Positions 19,487-27,991 of a stretch of DNA of 64,000 nt are shown here, one piece after another. How positions within the stretch are numbered: the stretch's first letter is position 1; each line of letters opens with the position of its first letter. The position numbers and the translations under genes are program-made. Under the pieces are notes generated by a model that saw only the letters and a list, made by a program, of their open reading frames with translations, did no database searches and was not told the DNA's origin. The DNA is from an uncultured Clostridium sp. (lineage in GTDB: Bacteria; Bacillota; Clostridia; Christensenellales; CAG-138). The stretch spans positions 11,046-75,045 of the forward strand of contig CAZRHS010000001.1 in NCBI GenBank assembly GCA_964600045.1, given 5' to 3'.

Positions 19487-21001
19487 ATGCTGGACCTTGT
19501 TATTAAAAACGCCAGAGTTATAGACGGCACGGACTCCCCCTGGTTCAGGGCGGACGTTGGCATTAAAGACGGATTCATAGCGGCGGTTGGCAAAATAAGC
19601 GAGGATGCCAAGGAATATGTTGACGCGGAGGACAATTACCTTACCCCCGGCTTTATAGACATTCATTCCCATAGCGACGACGGCATTTTGGAGCACCCCC
19701 AAAACGAGAGCAGAATACTGCAGGGCGTAACAACGGAGCTTTGCGGAAACTGCGGCGACTCTTTGGCGCCAAACGAAAAGGGCCTTACAATGGCCGAGTT
19801 TCTTGACACGGTTGAAAAAGCGCAGCCCTCAACCAACTTTGCCATGCTTGTCGGCCACGGCACCGTTCGCGCGATAGCCATGGGCTATGACGACAGGGAA
19901 CCGAGCGAGGAAGAGCTTGAAAAAATGCGCTCCCTTGTCCGCGAATCCATGCAGGGCGGAGCCTACGGCATAAGCACAGGCCTTATTTATCCCCCGGGAA
20001 GCTACGCCAAAACCGATGAGCTTATAGAGGTTGTTAAGGCCGTTCGCGATTACGATGGATTTTACGCTACCCATATGCGCGGCGAAGGCAAGCCCGTTAT
20101 ATCCTCAACCAAGGAAGCGATAGAGATTGCCACAAAGGCGGGCGTACCGCTTGAAATATCGCACCACAAGGTTACATATAAGCCCGACTGGCAGGTTAGC
20201 TGCTTTATGACAACCGCGCTTATAGAGCGCGCAAGGCGAAACGGGCTTGAGGTTACCTGCGACCAGTATCCTTACAGAGCCTCCGCCACAAGCCTTTCAA
20301 TAGATATTCCCGCATGGGCGTTCAACGGCGGCGTAAGTGCGCTTATGGAGCGGCTTAAAAACGAGGAAACAAGGGCATTGATACGGGACCAGATGAACGC
20401 ATCCCATATCGGCCGCTGGGGAGACATAGTCGTTTCCTATGTTTCAACGGAGAAAAACGCCTGGATGGCGGGCATGAGCATAGAGGCAATAGCCGAAAAG
20501 CTGGGCAAGGACCCGGCGGACACGCTTATGGATGCCGTTATAGAGGAAAACAACCACATAGGCGAGCTGGACTTTGATATGTGCGAAGAGGACATAGAGC
20601 ATATTATGAAGCGGCCGTACACCATGACCGGTTCCGACGGCTCCGCCATGAGCCTTAACCGCAAGGGCAAGCCGCATCCCAGGAACTACGGCACGTTTGT
20701 GCGCGTGCTCAGCCACTATTGCCGCGACAGGCAGCTTTTCCCAATAGAAACCGCCGTGCATAAAATGACGTCCCTTCCCGCATCAAGGCTGAGGTTATCC
20801 GACCGCGGCATAATCAAGCAGGGCATGAGGGCGGATTTGGTGCTGTTTAACCTTAATAAGCTTAACGACAATCCTTCCTTTACCAATCCTCAGCAGGCGT
20901 GCGATGGCATAATGAGGGTTTACGTAAACGGAGTGCTTACCGCTAAGGACGGCGCGCATACCGGCGCAAGGGCCGGCATGGTACTGCGCCATAAGGCATA
21001 A
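19487..21001 (+). CDS. N-acyl-D-amino-acid deacylase (D-aminoacylase) family amidohydrolase
   Basis: 504 aa. The N-terminus VIKNARVIDGT..PGFIDIHSHSD and the overall length resemble D-aminoacylases. Confidence 0.75.
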   Translation: MLDLVIKNARVIDGTDSPWFRADVGIKDGFIAAVGKISEDAKEYVDAEDNYLTPGFIDIHSHSDDGILEHPQNESRILQGVTTELCGNCGDSLAPNEKGLTMAEFLDTVEKAQPSTNFAMLVGHGTVRAIAMGYDDREPSEEELEKMRSLVRESMQGGAYGISTGLIYPPGSYAKTDELIEVVKAVRDYDGFYATHMRGEGKPVISSTKEAIEIATKAGVPLEISHHKVTYKPDWQVSCFMTTALIERARRNGLEVTCDQYPYRASATSLSIDIPAWAFNGGVSALMERLKNEETRALIRDQMNASHIGRWGDIVVSYVSTEKNAWMAGMSIEAIAEKLGKDPADTLMDAVIEENNHIGELDFDMCEEDIEHIMKRPYTMTGSDGSAMSLNRKGKPHPRNYGTFVRVLSHYCRDRQLFPIETAVHKMTSLPASRLRLSDRGIIKQGMRADLVLFNLNKLNDNPSFTNPQQACDGIMRVYVNGVLTAKDGAHTGARAGMVLRHKA

Positions 21002-21028
21002 AAATTTAAGCCAAAGGAGGCAGAAGGC

Positions 21029-22009
21029 ATGATAATCAATACCGAAAAGCTCATAAGCGGAGTTGAACTCGCAAAGCAAAAGATGAATGAAAACAAGGTG
21101 CCCGGGCTTGCCATGGCCATTATAAAAAACGGCAAGATTATATATACCCAGTGCCTTGGCGTGGCGGACACATTAACCCTGGCGCCCATAACGAGGGACA
21201 CTTATTTTGAGGCGGCGTCGCTTACAAAGCCGTTTTTCGGCAGGCTTGTTTTCGAGCTTGAGGACGAGGGCATAATAGACCTTGATAAGCCCTTGAGCGA
21301 ATATGACGCGCCCTGGATTCCCTGCAACGATGAGAGATTTGCCGGTGCAACCGCAAAACACGTTTTAAGCCACGGCACGGGCCTTCCCAACTGGGGCAAG
21401 CTGCCGATGGAGCTTTATTTCGCGCCGGGCGAGGGCTTCAGCTATTCCGGCATGGGCTATTATTATCTTCAGTCCATAATAGAGCAGCGCATGGGCACGC
21501 GCCTTGACGACCTTATGCAAAAGCGCATGCTTGATCCCTACGGCATGGATAAGGCCTCCCTTGTATGGACGGGAGCCATGCGCCGTTCGCTTGCGCATAC
21601 CGTTGATGAAAACGGCTTAAGCGAGCCCCCCAGAGCCACCGCAAGGCATTCCATGGGCATGGAGCCTAACTGCGCGTTCTCACTTTATGTAACAATAGAC
21701 GATTACTATAAGTTCCTTGAAAAGGTGCTGAGCGAGCCGGACTTCGCCGCTCGTGTGCGTTCGCACAGAAATCCCGCCGACCACGGCGTGGAGTGGGGCC
21801 TCGGCTGGGGACTTTACAACGAGCGTATATGGCACTGGGGCGATAACGGCGGCTTTAAGTCGCTGGTGTGCCTTGATCCCGAAACGAAGGACGCCTTCCT
21901 TATCCATACAAACGGCTTCAACGGCCTTAACGTTTGCTACGCTGTAGCCGAGCACATTACGGGAGACAGCTTCCGGGGCATTGCCGATATGGTAGCGGGC
22001 GCTGAATAA
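21029..22009 (+). CDS. Serine hydrolase, beta-lactamase/transpeptidase-like fold (class C / esterase-like)
   Basis: 326 aa. SxxK motif in EAASLTKPFFG and a Y-S-G(Y-x-N-like) motif in FSYSGMGYYYL. No signal peptide is evident. Confidence 0.75.
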   Translation: MIINTEKLISGVELAKQKMNENKVPGLAMAIIKNGKIIYTQCLGVADTLTLAPITRDTYFEAASLTKPFFGRLVFELEDEGIIDLDKPLSEYDAPWIPCNDERFAGATAKHVLSHGTGLPNWGKLPMELYFAPGEGFSYSGMGYYYLQSIIEQRMGTRLDDLMQKRMLDPYGMDKASLVWTGAMRRSLAHTVDENGLSEPPRATARHSMGMEPNCAFSLYVTIDDYYKFLEKVLSEPDFAARVRSHRNPADHGVEWGLGWGLYNERIWHWGDNGGFKSLVCLDPETKDAFLIHTNGFNGLNVCYAVAEHITGDSFRGIADMVAGAE

Positions 22010-22025
22010 AACAAAAGACCAAATC

Positions 22026-22052
22026 AAAAAGGACGGTTGCCCGTCCTTTTTT
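22026..22052. terminator. Bidirectional terminator between the serine hydrolase gene and the GGGtGRT gene
   Basis: AAAAAGGACGG-TTGC-CCGTCCTTTTTT: a 7-bp stem flanked by an A-run and a T-run. Confidence 0.7.
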
Positions 22053-22073
22053 AGTGCTTGAAATTAAGTTAGC

Positions 22074-23075
22074 TTATTTAGCCATTGCTTCTTCGCAGGC
22101 AACGGCCACGGCAACGGTTGCGCCGACCATGGGGTTGTTGCCCATTCCGATAAGGCCCATCATTTCAACGTGGGCGGGAACGGAGGAGGAGCCTGCGAAC
22201 TGAGCGTCCGAATGCATACGGCCCATTGTATCGGTCATGCCGTAGCTTGCGGGGCCTGCCGCCATATTATCGGGATGCAGGGTACGGCCGGTGCCGCCGC
22301 CGGAAGCGACGGAGAAATACTTCTTGCCGTTCTCGTTGCACCACTTTTTGTAGGTGCCCGCAACGGGGTGCTGGAAACGGGTGGGGTTGGTGGAGTTGCC
22401 GGTTATGGAAACATCCACGTTCTCGTGGCGCATTATGGCAACGCCCTCGTTTACATCGTCCGCACCGTAGCAAAGAACCTTAGCGCGGTCGCCCTCGCTG
22501 AACGGAGTAACCTTGGTTATGGTAAGCTCGCCGGTATACTGATTGTATTCGGTTTCAACGTGGGTAAAGCCGTTTATGCGGCTGATAATGTATGCGGCAT
22601 CCTTGCCGAGGCCGTTAAGTATAACCTTAAGGGGCTCCTTGCGAACCTTGTTGGCGGTGCGGGCTATGCCTATTGCGCCTTCCGCGGCGGCAAAGCTTTC
22701 GTGACCGGCCAGGAACGCGAAGCAGTGAGTTGATTCGGAAAGCAGCATCGCGCCCAGATTGCCGTGGCCCAGGCCAACCTTCCTCTGGTCGGCAACGGAG
22801 CCGGGAATGCAGAACGCCTGCAGGCCCTCGCCTATGCACTCGGCAGCCTCAGCCGCGCTCTTAACGCCCTTCTTAAGCGCTATCGCCGCGCCAAGGGTAT
22901 ATGCCCAAACGGCGTTTTCAAAGGCTATGGGCTGAATGCCGTGAACTATGCTTCTTACGTCTATGCCCTTTTCCTTGGTGTAAGCCTCGCAGGCCTCAAA
23001 CCCGTCGAACCCATACTTGGCGAGCACGGGGCGCAGGGTGTCTATTCTTCTTTCGTATCCTTCAAAAGTAACCAT
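22074..23075 (-). CDS. GGGtGRT family protein (function unknown)
   Basis: 333 aa. The family-defining motif SGGGTGRTLHPDNMAAGPASYGMTD is present, with GGGTGRT encoded at 22301-22281. Confidence 0.75.
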   Translation of the reverse strand: MVTFEGYERRIDTLRPVLAKYGFDGFEACEAYTKEKGIDVRSIVHGIQPIAFENAVWAYTLGAAIALKKGVKSAAEAAECIGEGLQAFCIPGSVADQRKVGLGHGNLGAMLLSESTHCFAFLAGHESFAAAEGAIGIARTANKVRKEPLKVILNGLGKDAAYIISRINGFTHVETEYNQYTGELTITKVTPFSEGDRAKVLCYGADDVNEGVAIMRHENVDVSITGNSTNPTRFQHPVAGTYKKWCNENGKKYFSVASGGGTGRTLHPDNMAAGPASYGMTDTMGRMHSDAQFAGSSSVPAHVEMMGLIGMGNNPMVGATVAVAVACEEAMAK

Positions 23076-23092
23076 CTTTACGCCTCCTTATA

Positions 23093-23785
23093 TTACTGCT
23101 TGCGCGGGTCTATAACGGTTACGGCTTCCGCGAAGCGGCCGTATGTGCTTATGTTTGAATTAAACGCCTCGTTGGGCTCCATGCCCTTCTTTATGGCGTC
23201 CATCATCTTGCCAAGGTTTACGAACTTGTAGCCTATTATCTCGTTGTTCTTGTCAAGGCCAACGTTAAGCACGTATCCTTCCGCCATTTCAAGATAGCGG
23301 GGACCCTTCTTCTTGGTGCCGTACATGGTGCCTATCTGGCTCCTAAGGCCCTTGCCCAGGTCTTCAAGGCCGGCGCCTATGGGCAGACCGTCGTCAGAGA
23401 AAGCGCTCTGGCTGCGGCCGTAAACAATCTGCAAGAAAAGCTCACGCATGGCGGTGTTTATGGCATCGCACACAAGGTCCGAATTAAGCGCCTCAAGTAT
23501 GGTCTTGCCGGGCAGAATTTCCGAGGCCATAGCCGCGGAATGCGTCATGCCGGAGCAGCCTATTGTTTCAACAAGCGCCTCTTCTATTACGCCGCCCTTT
23601 ATATTAAGCGTAAGCTTGCACGCGCCCTGCTGCGGTGCGCACCAGCCTATGCCGTGGGTCAGGCCGAATATGTCCGTAATCTCCTTTGCCTTAACCCATT
23701 TTCCCTCCTCGGGTATGGGTGCAGGGTCGTGCTTCGCGCCTTTTGCAACGCAAAACATCTCTTCAACCTCACGCGAATACTGCAT
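23093..23785 (-). CDS. NifU/IscU-N-terminal-like Fe-S scaffold-related protein, partner of the GGGtGRT protein
   Basis: 230 aa. IscU-like segment GIGWCAPQQGACKLTLNIKGGVIEEALVETIGCSGMTHSAAMASE..LVCDAI with three spaced Cys. It lies 17 nt upstream of the GGGtGRT gene on the same strand. Confidence 0.6.
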   Translation of the reverse strand: MQYSREVEEMFCVAKGAKHDPAPIPEEGKWVKAKEITDIFGLTHGIGWCAPQQGACKLTLNIKGGVIEEALVETIGCSGMTHSAAMASEILPGKTILEALNSDLVCDAINTAMRELFLQIVYGRSQSAFSDDGLPIGAGLEDLGKGLRSQIGTMYGTKKKGPRYLEMAEGYVLNVGLDKNNEIIGYKFVNLGKMMDAIKKGMEPNEAFNSNISTYGRFAEAVTVIDPRKQ

Positions 23786-24000
23786 GGAATATCTCCTCCT
23801 TCAAATGCTGAATACATGGTAGTATAGCATAAGTATATCATAAATACGGAAGTAAATCCCCCAAAATAGAATTTTTAACTTCATCTTTTCAAAAAATGCC
23901 GTATATTGCCGATTTGGCTTTACGAATATATTGATAGTGGTGTAATATATCCATCATAAAAAACGCCGCCTGTGTGCGGCTTGTCGGGAGAAACGGCCGT

Positions 24001-24678
24001 ATGGCAGGCTTTATTGTTTATTTCGCTCTTTTAAGCGTTGTTCATTTATTCTTTTGCTATTTTGAAATGCGCCCTTACAGGGTTATAACAAAGCCGCTTA
24101 TAATGCTTTCGCTCGCCGTGTTTTATGCCCTTGCCGCAAAGCCCATGGACTTTGTTGTACTTGCGGCGCTTGTATGCGGGCTTTTGGGCGATGTGCTGCT
24201 TATCCCCGAAAAGGACGGCAGGTTCTTTATACCGGGCGCGCTTTCGTTCACGCTTGGCCACGCGCTCTATTGCCTTGCGATTTTCAGGCGAACCGAGGGC
24301 ACCACAAAGGAGCATTTGCTTACGGCGGCCGTATTTATTGCGCTGTATCTTATAGTTGTGGCCTACGCAAGCTTCAGACTGGAAAAGCACGTGGACGATA
24401 AAAAGATGCGCGTGCTTATGCCCACATACCTTGGCATAGTTGGGGCGGTAAACGTTTTCGCGTGGGTAAACCTCGCTTCAAAAATAAACGTAGGCAGCGG
24501 CATATTCGCCTCTTCTCTTATAACGCTCGGCAGCATGCTCTTTTTAGCATCGGATACAATACTTGCCCGCAGCATGTTCGTTAAGGACGTGAAAAGGCCG
24601 AACTTTCCCGTTATGCTTACGTATATACCCGCGCAGCTGCTCCTTTGCCTGGGCTTTGTGCTTATGGGCGCCAAATAA
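24001..24678 (+). CDS. YhhN family membrane protein (lysoplasmalogenase family)
   Basis: The track ORF starts at GTG 23974. I prefer ATG 24001 (MAGFIVYF..), which follows GGGAGA. It is a polytopic membrane protein with YhhN-like ..LLGDVLLI.. and ..FTLGHALY.. segments. Confidence 0.65.
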   Translation: MAGFIVYFALLSVVHLFFCYFEMRPYRVITKPLIMLSLAVFYALAAKPMDFVVLAALVCGLLGDVLLIPEKDGRFFIPGALSFTLGHALYCLAIFRRTEGTTKEHLLTAAVFIALYLIVVAYASFRLEKHVDDKKMRVLMPTYLGIVGAVNVFAWVNLASKINVGSGIFASSLITLGSMLFLASDTILARSMFVKDVKRPNFPVMLTYIPAQLLLCLGFVLMGAK

Positions 24679-24729
24679 AAAATAAACGCGTGTTTGCCCC
24701 GCGCCAAACTAGGTGGTATAATTAAACCA

Positions 24730-25902
24730 ATGAAGATCGGAATATTGGGGGGCAGCTTTAATCCCCCGCACAAAGGACATATTTATATAGCTAAGCAGGC
24801 AAAGCAAAGCTTTGGCCTTGATAAGGTGTTGCTTATGGTGGCGGGAGATCCGCCGCATAAAAGCATTGCTTTCGGCGTAAGCGCGAATGAAAGGCTTGCT
24901 CTTACTCAAGCCGCCATAGACGGCGAGGAGGGGCTTTTCGCCTGCGATTATGAAATAAGGCGCGGCGGCGTGAGCTACATGGCGGATACGCTTATGGGGC
25001 TCTATAACGGCGCCGATGAGCTGTACCTTATTGTTGGCACGGATATGCTGAAAACCCTGCACAGCTGGCGTAAACCCGAAACAATATTCGCCCTTGCCGG
25101 CATTATAGCCGTTGGTAGACCGGACAGCGGGGGCGGGGACGAGCGCGCCGCCGAGGAGCTTAGGAAAAAGTACGGCGCAAGGGTATATATTGCCGATTTT
25201 GAAGGGCCTCAGATATCCTCAACCGATATACGAAAAAGGGTTTATGAGGCTCGTGGCATAGCTGGGCTTGTGAGCTACAAAACCATGCAGAGAATATATT
25301 CAGAGCTTCTTTATCAGGATGAGAATGTTCTATCATACGCCGAAAAGCTTAAGCATGCCGTTAAGCCAAGCAGGTTCGCGCACTCGATAGGCACCATGGG
25401 CTGCGCCGTGGAGCTTGCCTCAATATGGGGTGCGGACGGCAAAAAGGCGAGAATCGCAGGCCTTCTGCACGACTGCGCAAAGCTTGGCGACAGCGAAGCG
25501 CTTGAGCTTGCAAATCAATACGGCTACACGCCAAACGATGAGGAGCGGCGCGCTCCCGGCCTTTTGCACGGCCCCTTGGGGGCGATAAGGGTGCAAAGGG
25601 ACTACGGCATAGAGGATAAGGACATTATAAACGCCATTGCCTGCCACGTGTTCGGCAAAAAGGGCATGAGCCTGCTCGATAAGATTTTATACGTTGCGGA
25701 CAAGGCGGAGTTCACTCGAACCTATGACGGGGTTGAAAACCTAAGGCGCGCGGCAAGGGAGGATATAAACCGGGCCGTGCTTATGACAATGGATAATTCA
25801 ATAAGCCACCTGCTTAAAAAAGGCGTTGAGCCTTCCGCGCGATCGCTTGAAATAAGGCAGGAGATAAAAAGACAAATTGAAAACAAAGGAGAAAACACAT
25901 GA
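24730..25902 (+). CDS. nadD: Fusion protein: nicotinate-nucleotide adenylyltransferase NadD + YqeK HD-domain phosphohydrolase
   Basis: The track ORF starts at 24694. MKIGILGGSFNPPHKGH begins at ATG 24730. The N-terminal half is NadD (HxGH motif, ISSTDIR). From about aa 200 the sequence is YqeK-like HD domain (RFAHSIG..AGLLHDCAK..YVADK). Confidence 0.85.
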   Translation: MKIGILGGSFNPPHKGHIYIAKQAKQSFGLDKVLLMVAGDPPHKSIAFGVSANERLALTQAAIDGEEGLFACDYEIRRGGVSYMADTLMGLYNGADELYLIVGTDMLKTLHSWRKPETIFALAGIIAVGRPDSGGGDERAAEELRKKYGARVYIADFEGPQISSTDIRKRVYEARGIAGLVSYKTMQRIYSELLYQDENVLSYAEKLKHAVKPSRFAHSIGTMGCAVELASIWGADGKKARIAGLLHDCAKLGDSEALELANQYGYTPNDEERRAPGLLHGPLGAIRVQRDYGIEDKDIINAIACHVFGKKGMSLLDKILYVADKAEFTRTYDGVENLRRAAREDINRAVLMTMDNSISHLLKKGVEPSARSLEIRQEIKRQIENKGENT

Positions 25903-26348
25903 GCGAATTCTTTAACGCGGCAAACGCACAGGAAGAGGAAACCATACGGAATAAGGCACTTATGATCTGCGACGCGCTATATAATAAGAAAGCGCAGGAT
26001 ATAACAGCCATTCATGTGGGCGATAAAACGATTATAGCGGACTGGTTCGTTATATGCTCCGGCCGTGCCGTGGCGCAGGTAAAGGCGCTTGCGGACGAAA
26101 TAGACGAAAAGGCGGAAAGCTTCGGGCTTGAGCTCAGGCGAATTGAGGGATACAGCGAGGGCCGCTGGATTGTTATGGACTTTGGCTCCATACTTGTGCA
26201 CGTGTTCCATCCGGAGGAAAGGGAATACTATAATATGGAACGCTTGTGGGTGGATGACCCGAGGGGCTATGTTGATTACTCAAAGCTTATGCTTGAACGC
26301 GAGCGCGAGGAGGAGCTTAAGCGCCGCAGCGGGGAAAAGAGCGAATAA
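25899..26348 (+). CDS. rsfS: Ribosome silencing factor RsfS (iojap/YbeB)
   Basis: 149 aa. ADWFVICSGRAVAQVKALADEI..WIVMDFGSILVHVFHPEEREYYNMERLW. ATGA overlap with the nadD-yqeK stop. Confidence 0.85.
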   Translation: MSEFFNAANAQEEETIRNKALMICDALYNKKAQDITAIHVGDKTIIADWFVICSGRAVAQVKALADEIDEKAESFGLELRRIEGYSEGRWIVMDFGSILVHVFHPEEREYYNMERLWVDDPRGYVDYSKLMLEREREEELKRRSGEKSE

Positions 26349-26386
26349 CGGGCGAAAAAACAGCGAAACGCATGGCATTCTCCGCA

Positions 26387-26415
26387 TTGACAATCACGCT
26401 GCAGGATGCTATTAT
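26387..26415 (+). promoter_or_regulatory. Putative promoter of the hisS-aspS leader
   Basis: TTGACA (26387-26392), a 17-nt spacer, then an extended -10 TGcTATTAT (26407-26415). Confidence 0.5.
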
Positions 26416-26421
26416 ACGCTT

Positions 26422-26682
26422 TGACAGGCAAGGAATAAGGATGTAGCCTGGGAGCTATCGCACAAGAGAAGGCAGGCCATGGCTGGAAGCCGCCGCGAAC
26501 AAAAGCACCGGGTGAAGGACGCCTTATGAGCCTTCCGCAGGAAATGGCGGACGGTTTGCCCTGCGTTATGGGGCAAGAGTGGAGCGATGTTCTCGCTCAA
26601 TTAGGGTGGTACCGCGGGTTCTCCGTCCCTGTTATAAAGGATGGAGAACCCTATTTTTTTAAGAATACGAAAGAGGTGTATT
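26422..26682 (+). promoter_or_regulatory. T-box riboswitch leader of the hisS-aspS operon
   Basis: AGAGAA box at about 26465. GGTGAAG-GAC-G, with GAC at 26518-26520. T-box AGGGTGGTACCGCGG at 26603-26617. Terminator GGGTTCTCCGTCC (26616-26628) / GGATGGAGAACCC (26639-26651) followed by TATTTTTTT. Confidence 0.85.
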
Positions 26683-27945
26683 ATGCAGATTCAGGCGCCT
26701 AAGGGCATGAAGGACGTAACCCCTAAGGACAGCTACAAGTGGCAGTACATAGAAAAGCTTATGCGCGCCCGCTGCGCGGAGTTCGGCTGCCGCGAGGTAC
26801 GCACGCCGGTGCTGGAGCATACGGAGCTGTTCGCCAGAGGTGTTGGCGATACAACGGATATAGTTCAAAAGGAAATGTATACCTTTACCGATAAGGGAGA
26901 CCGTTCGGTTACGCTTAAGCCCGAGGGCACCGCGGGCACGGTGCGCATGTTCCTTGAAAACAAGATTTTCGCGGACGCTCAGCCCACGAAGATGTTTTAT
27001 GTATACTGCCCCGTTTTCCGTTACGAAAAGCCGCAGGCGGGCAGATTGAGGGAGCATCACCAGTTTGGTGTGGAGGTTTTCGGCGCGCCCAAGGCAAGCG
27101 CGGACGCGGAGGTAATTTCCCTTGCGATAAGCATACTTAACGACCTTGGCATAAAGAGCGTTAAGGCCAAAATAAACAGCATAGGCTGCCCGGAGTGCAG
27201 GCCCAAGTACAACGCCGCCCTTAAGGAATATCTTAAGGCGAATTATGACGAGCTTTGCGAAACCTGCAAAACGCGCTACGAGAAGAACCCGCTCAGGATC
27301 CTTGACTGCAAGGAAAAGCACTGCGGCGAAATAGCAAAGGCCGCGCCCAAGGTGCTTGATTATCTTTGCCCGGACTGCAAGGCGCATTTTGAGGAGCTTC
27401 AGGCATCCCTTGACGCGCTGGGCATTGAATACGAGGTTGACCCCATGATAGTCCGCGGCCTTGATTACTATACAAAGACCGTGTTCGAGCTTGTGTCCAC
27501 AGAGGGCGCGTATACCGGCACCGTTTGCGGCGGCGGCAGGTACGATGGGCTTATAGAGGAGCTTGGCGGCCCCAAGATGAACGCGGTTGGCTTCGGCATG
27601 GGCATGGAGAGGCTGCTGCTTGTGGCGGAAAGCTTTAACCCAATCCCCGAACCGAACCTTGTGGACGTATACATTGCACCCGTTGGCGAAAAGGCAAGGC
27701 TTACCGGGCTTAAGCTTGCGGGAGACCTTAGAAAGCAGGGCGTTAAAACGGAATATGACCACGTTGGCCGCAGTTTTAAGGCCCAGTTTAAGTACGCTGA
27801 CAAGCTGAACGCCCGCTTCGTTGCCGTTATAGGCGAGGACGAGGTTGCAAACGGCATAATAAAGCTTAAAAACATGGCGGACGGCACGGAAACCCCGATA
27901 GCCATAGATGGCTTTGCCGAAAAAGCGGCTGAAATAGTTAAATAA
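26683..27945 (+). CDS. hisS: Histidyl-tRNA synthetase
   Basis: The track ORF starts at 26641, inside the T-box terminator. [12 protein letters not shown] begins at ATG 26683, after AAGAGG. Class II HisRS colinearity is seen throughout (..[20 protein letters not shown].., ..GGGRYDGL..). Confidence 0.95.
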   Translation: MQIQAPKGMKDVTPKDSYKWQYIEKLMRARCAEFGCREVRTPVLEHTELFARGVGDTTDIVQKEMYTFTDKGDRSVTLKPEGTAGTVRMFLENKIFADAQPTKMFYVYCPVFRYEKPQAGRLREHHQFGVEVFGAPKASADAEVISLAISILNDLGIKSVKAKINSIGCPECRPKYNAALKEYLKANYDELCETCKTRYEKNPLRILDCKEKHCGEIAKAAPKVLDYLCPDCKAHFEELQASLDALGIEYEVDPMIVRGLDYYTKTVFELVSTEGAYTGTVCGGGRYDGLIEELGGPKMNAVGFGMGMERLLLVAESFNPIPEPNLVDVYIAPVGEKARLTGLKLAGDLRKQGVKTEYDHVGRSFKAQFKYADKLNARFVAVIGEDEVANGIIKLKNMADGTETPIAIDGFAEKAAEIVK

Positions 27946-27991
27946 GCTGAAAAGCACAGCACATAAATATTAAGTAAGGAGTATACCGAAT

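Noticed and set aside
23955-23990. A hairpin GCCGC-CTGTGT-GCGGC is preceded by an A-run just upstream of the yhhN-like gene. On the minus strand it would look like a terminator.
   Set aside because: No minus-strand gene ends here, and on the plus strand it lacks a U-tract. It is probably incidental 5'-UTR structure.
26641-26682. The ORF track starts hisS at ATG 26641, adding [14 protein letters not shown] to the N-terminus.
   Set aside because: That ATG lies within the 3' arm of the T-box terminator hairpin. The conserved HisRS N-terminus [11 protein letters not shown] starts at ATG 26683, which has an AAGAGG RBS.
26659-27957. A 432-aa ORF lies antisense to essentially all of hisS. Similar long antisense ORFs occur opposite other conserved genes: 3078-4379, 12855-13496, 15966-17051, 60263-61333 and 39667-40248.
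   Set aside because: Their translations are low-complexity and rich in R, K, A, L, V and G. They lack convincing RBSs and lie opposite genes with unambiguous conserved motifs. Long stop-free antisense frames are expected with this GC-rich, codon-biased composition. The class I/class II aaRS sense-antisense idea was considered, but nothing in the sequence supports expression.
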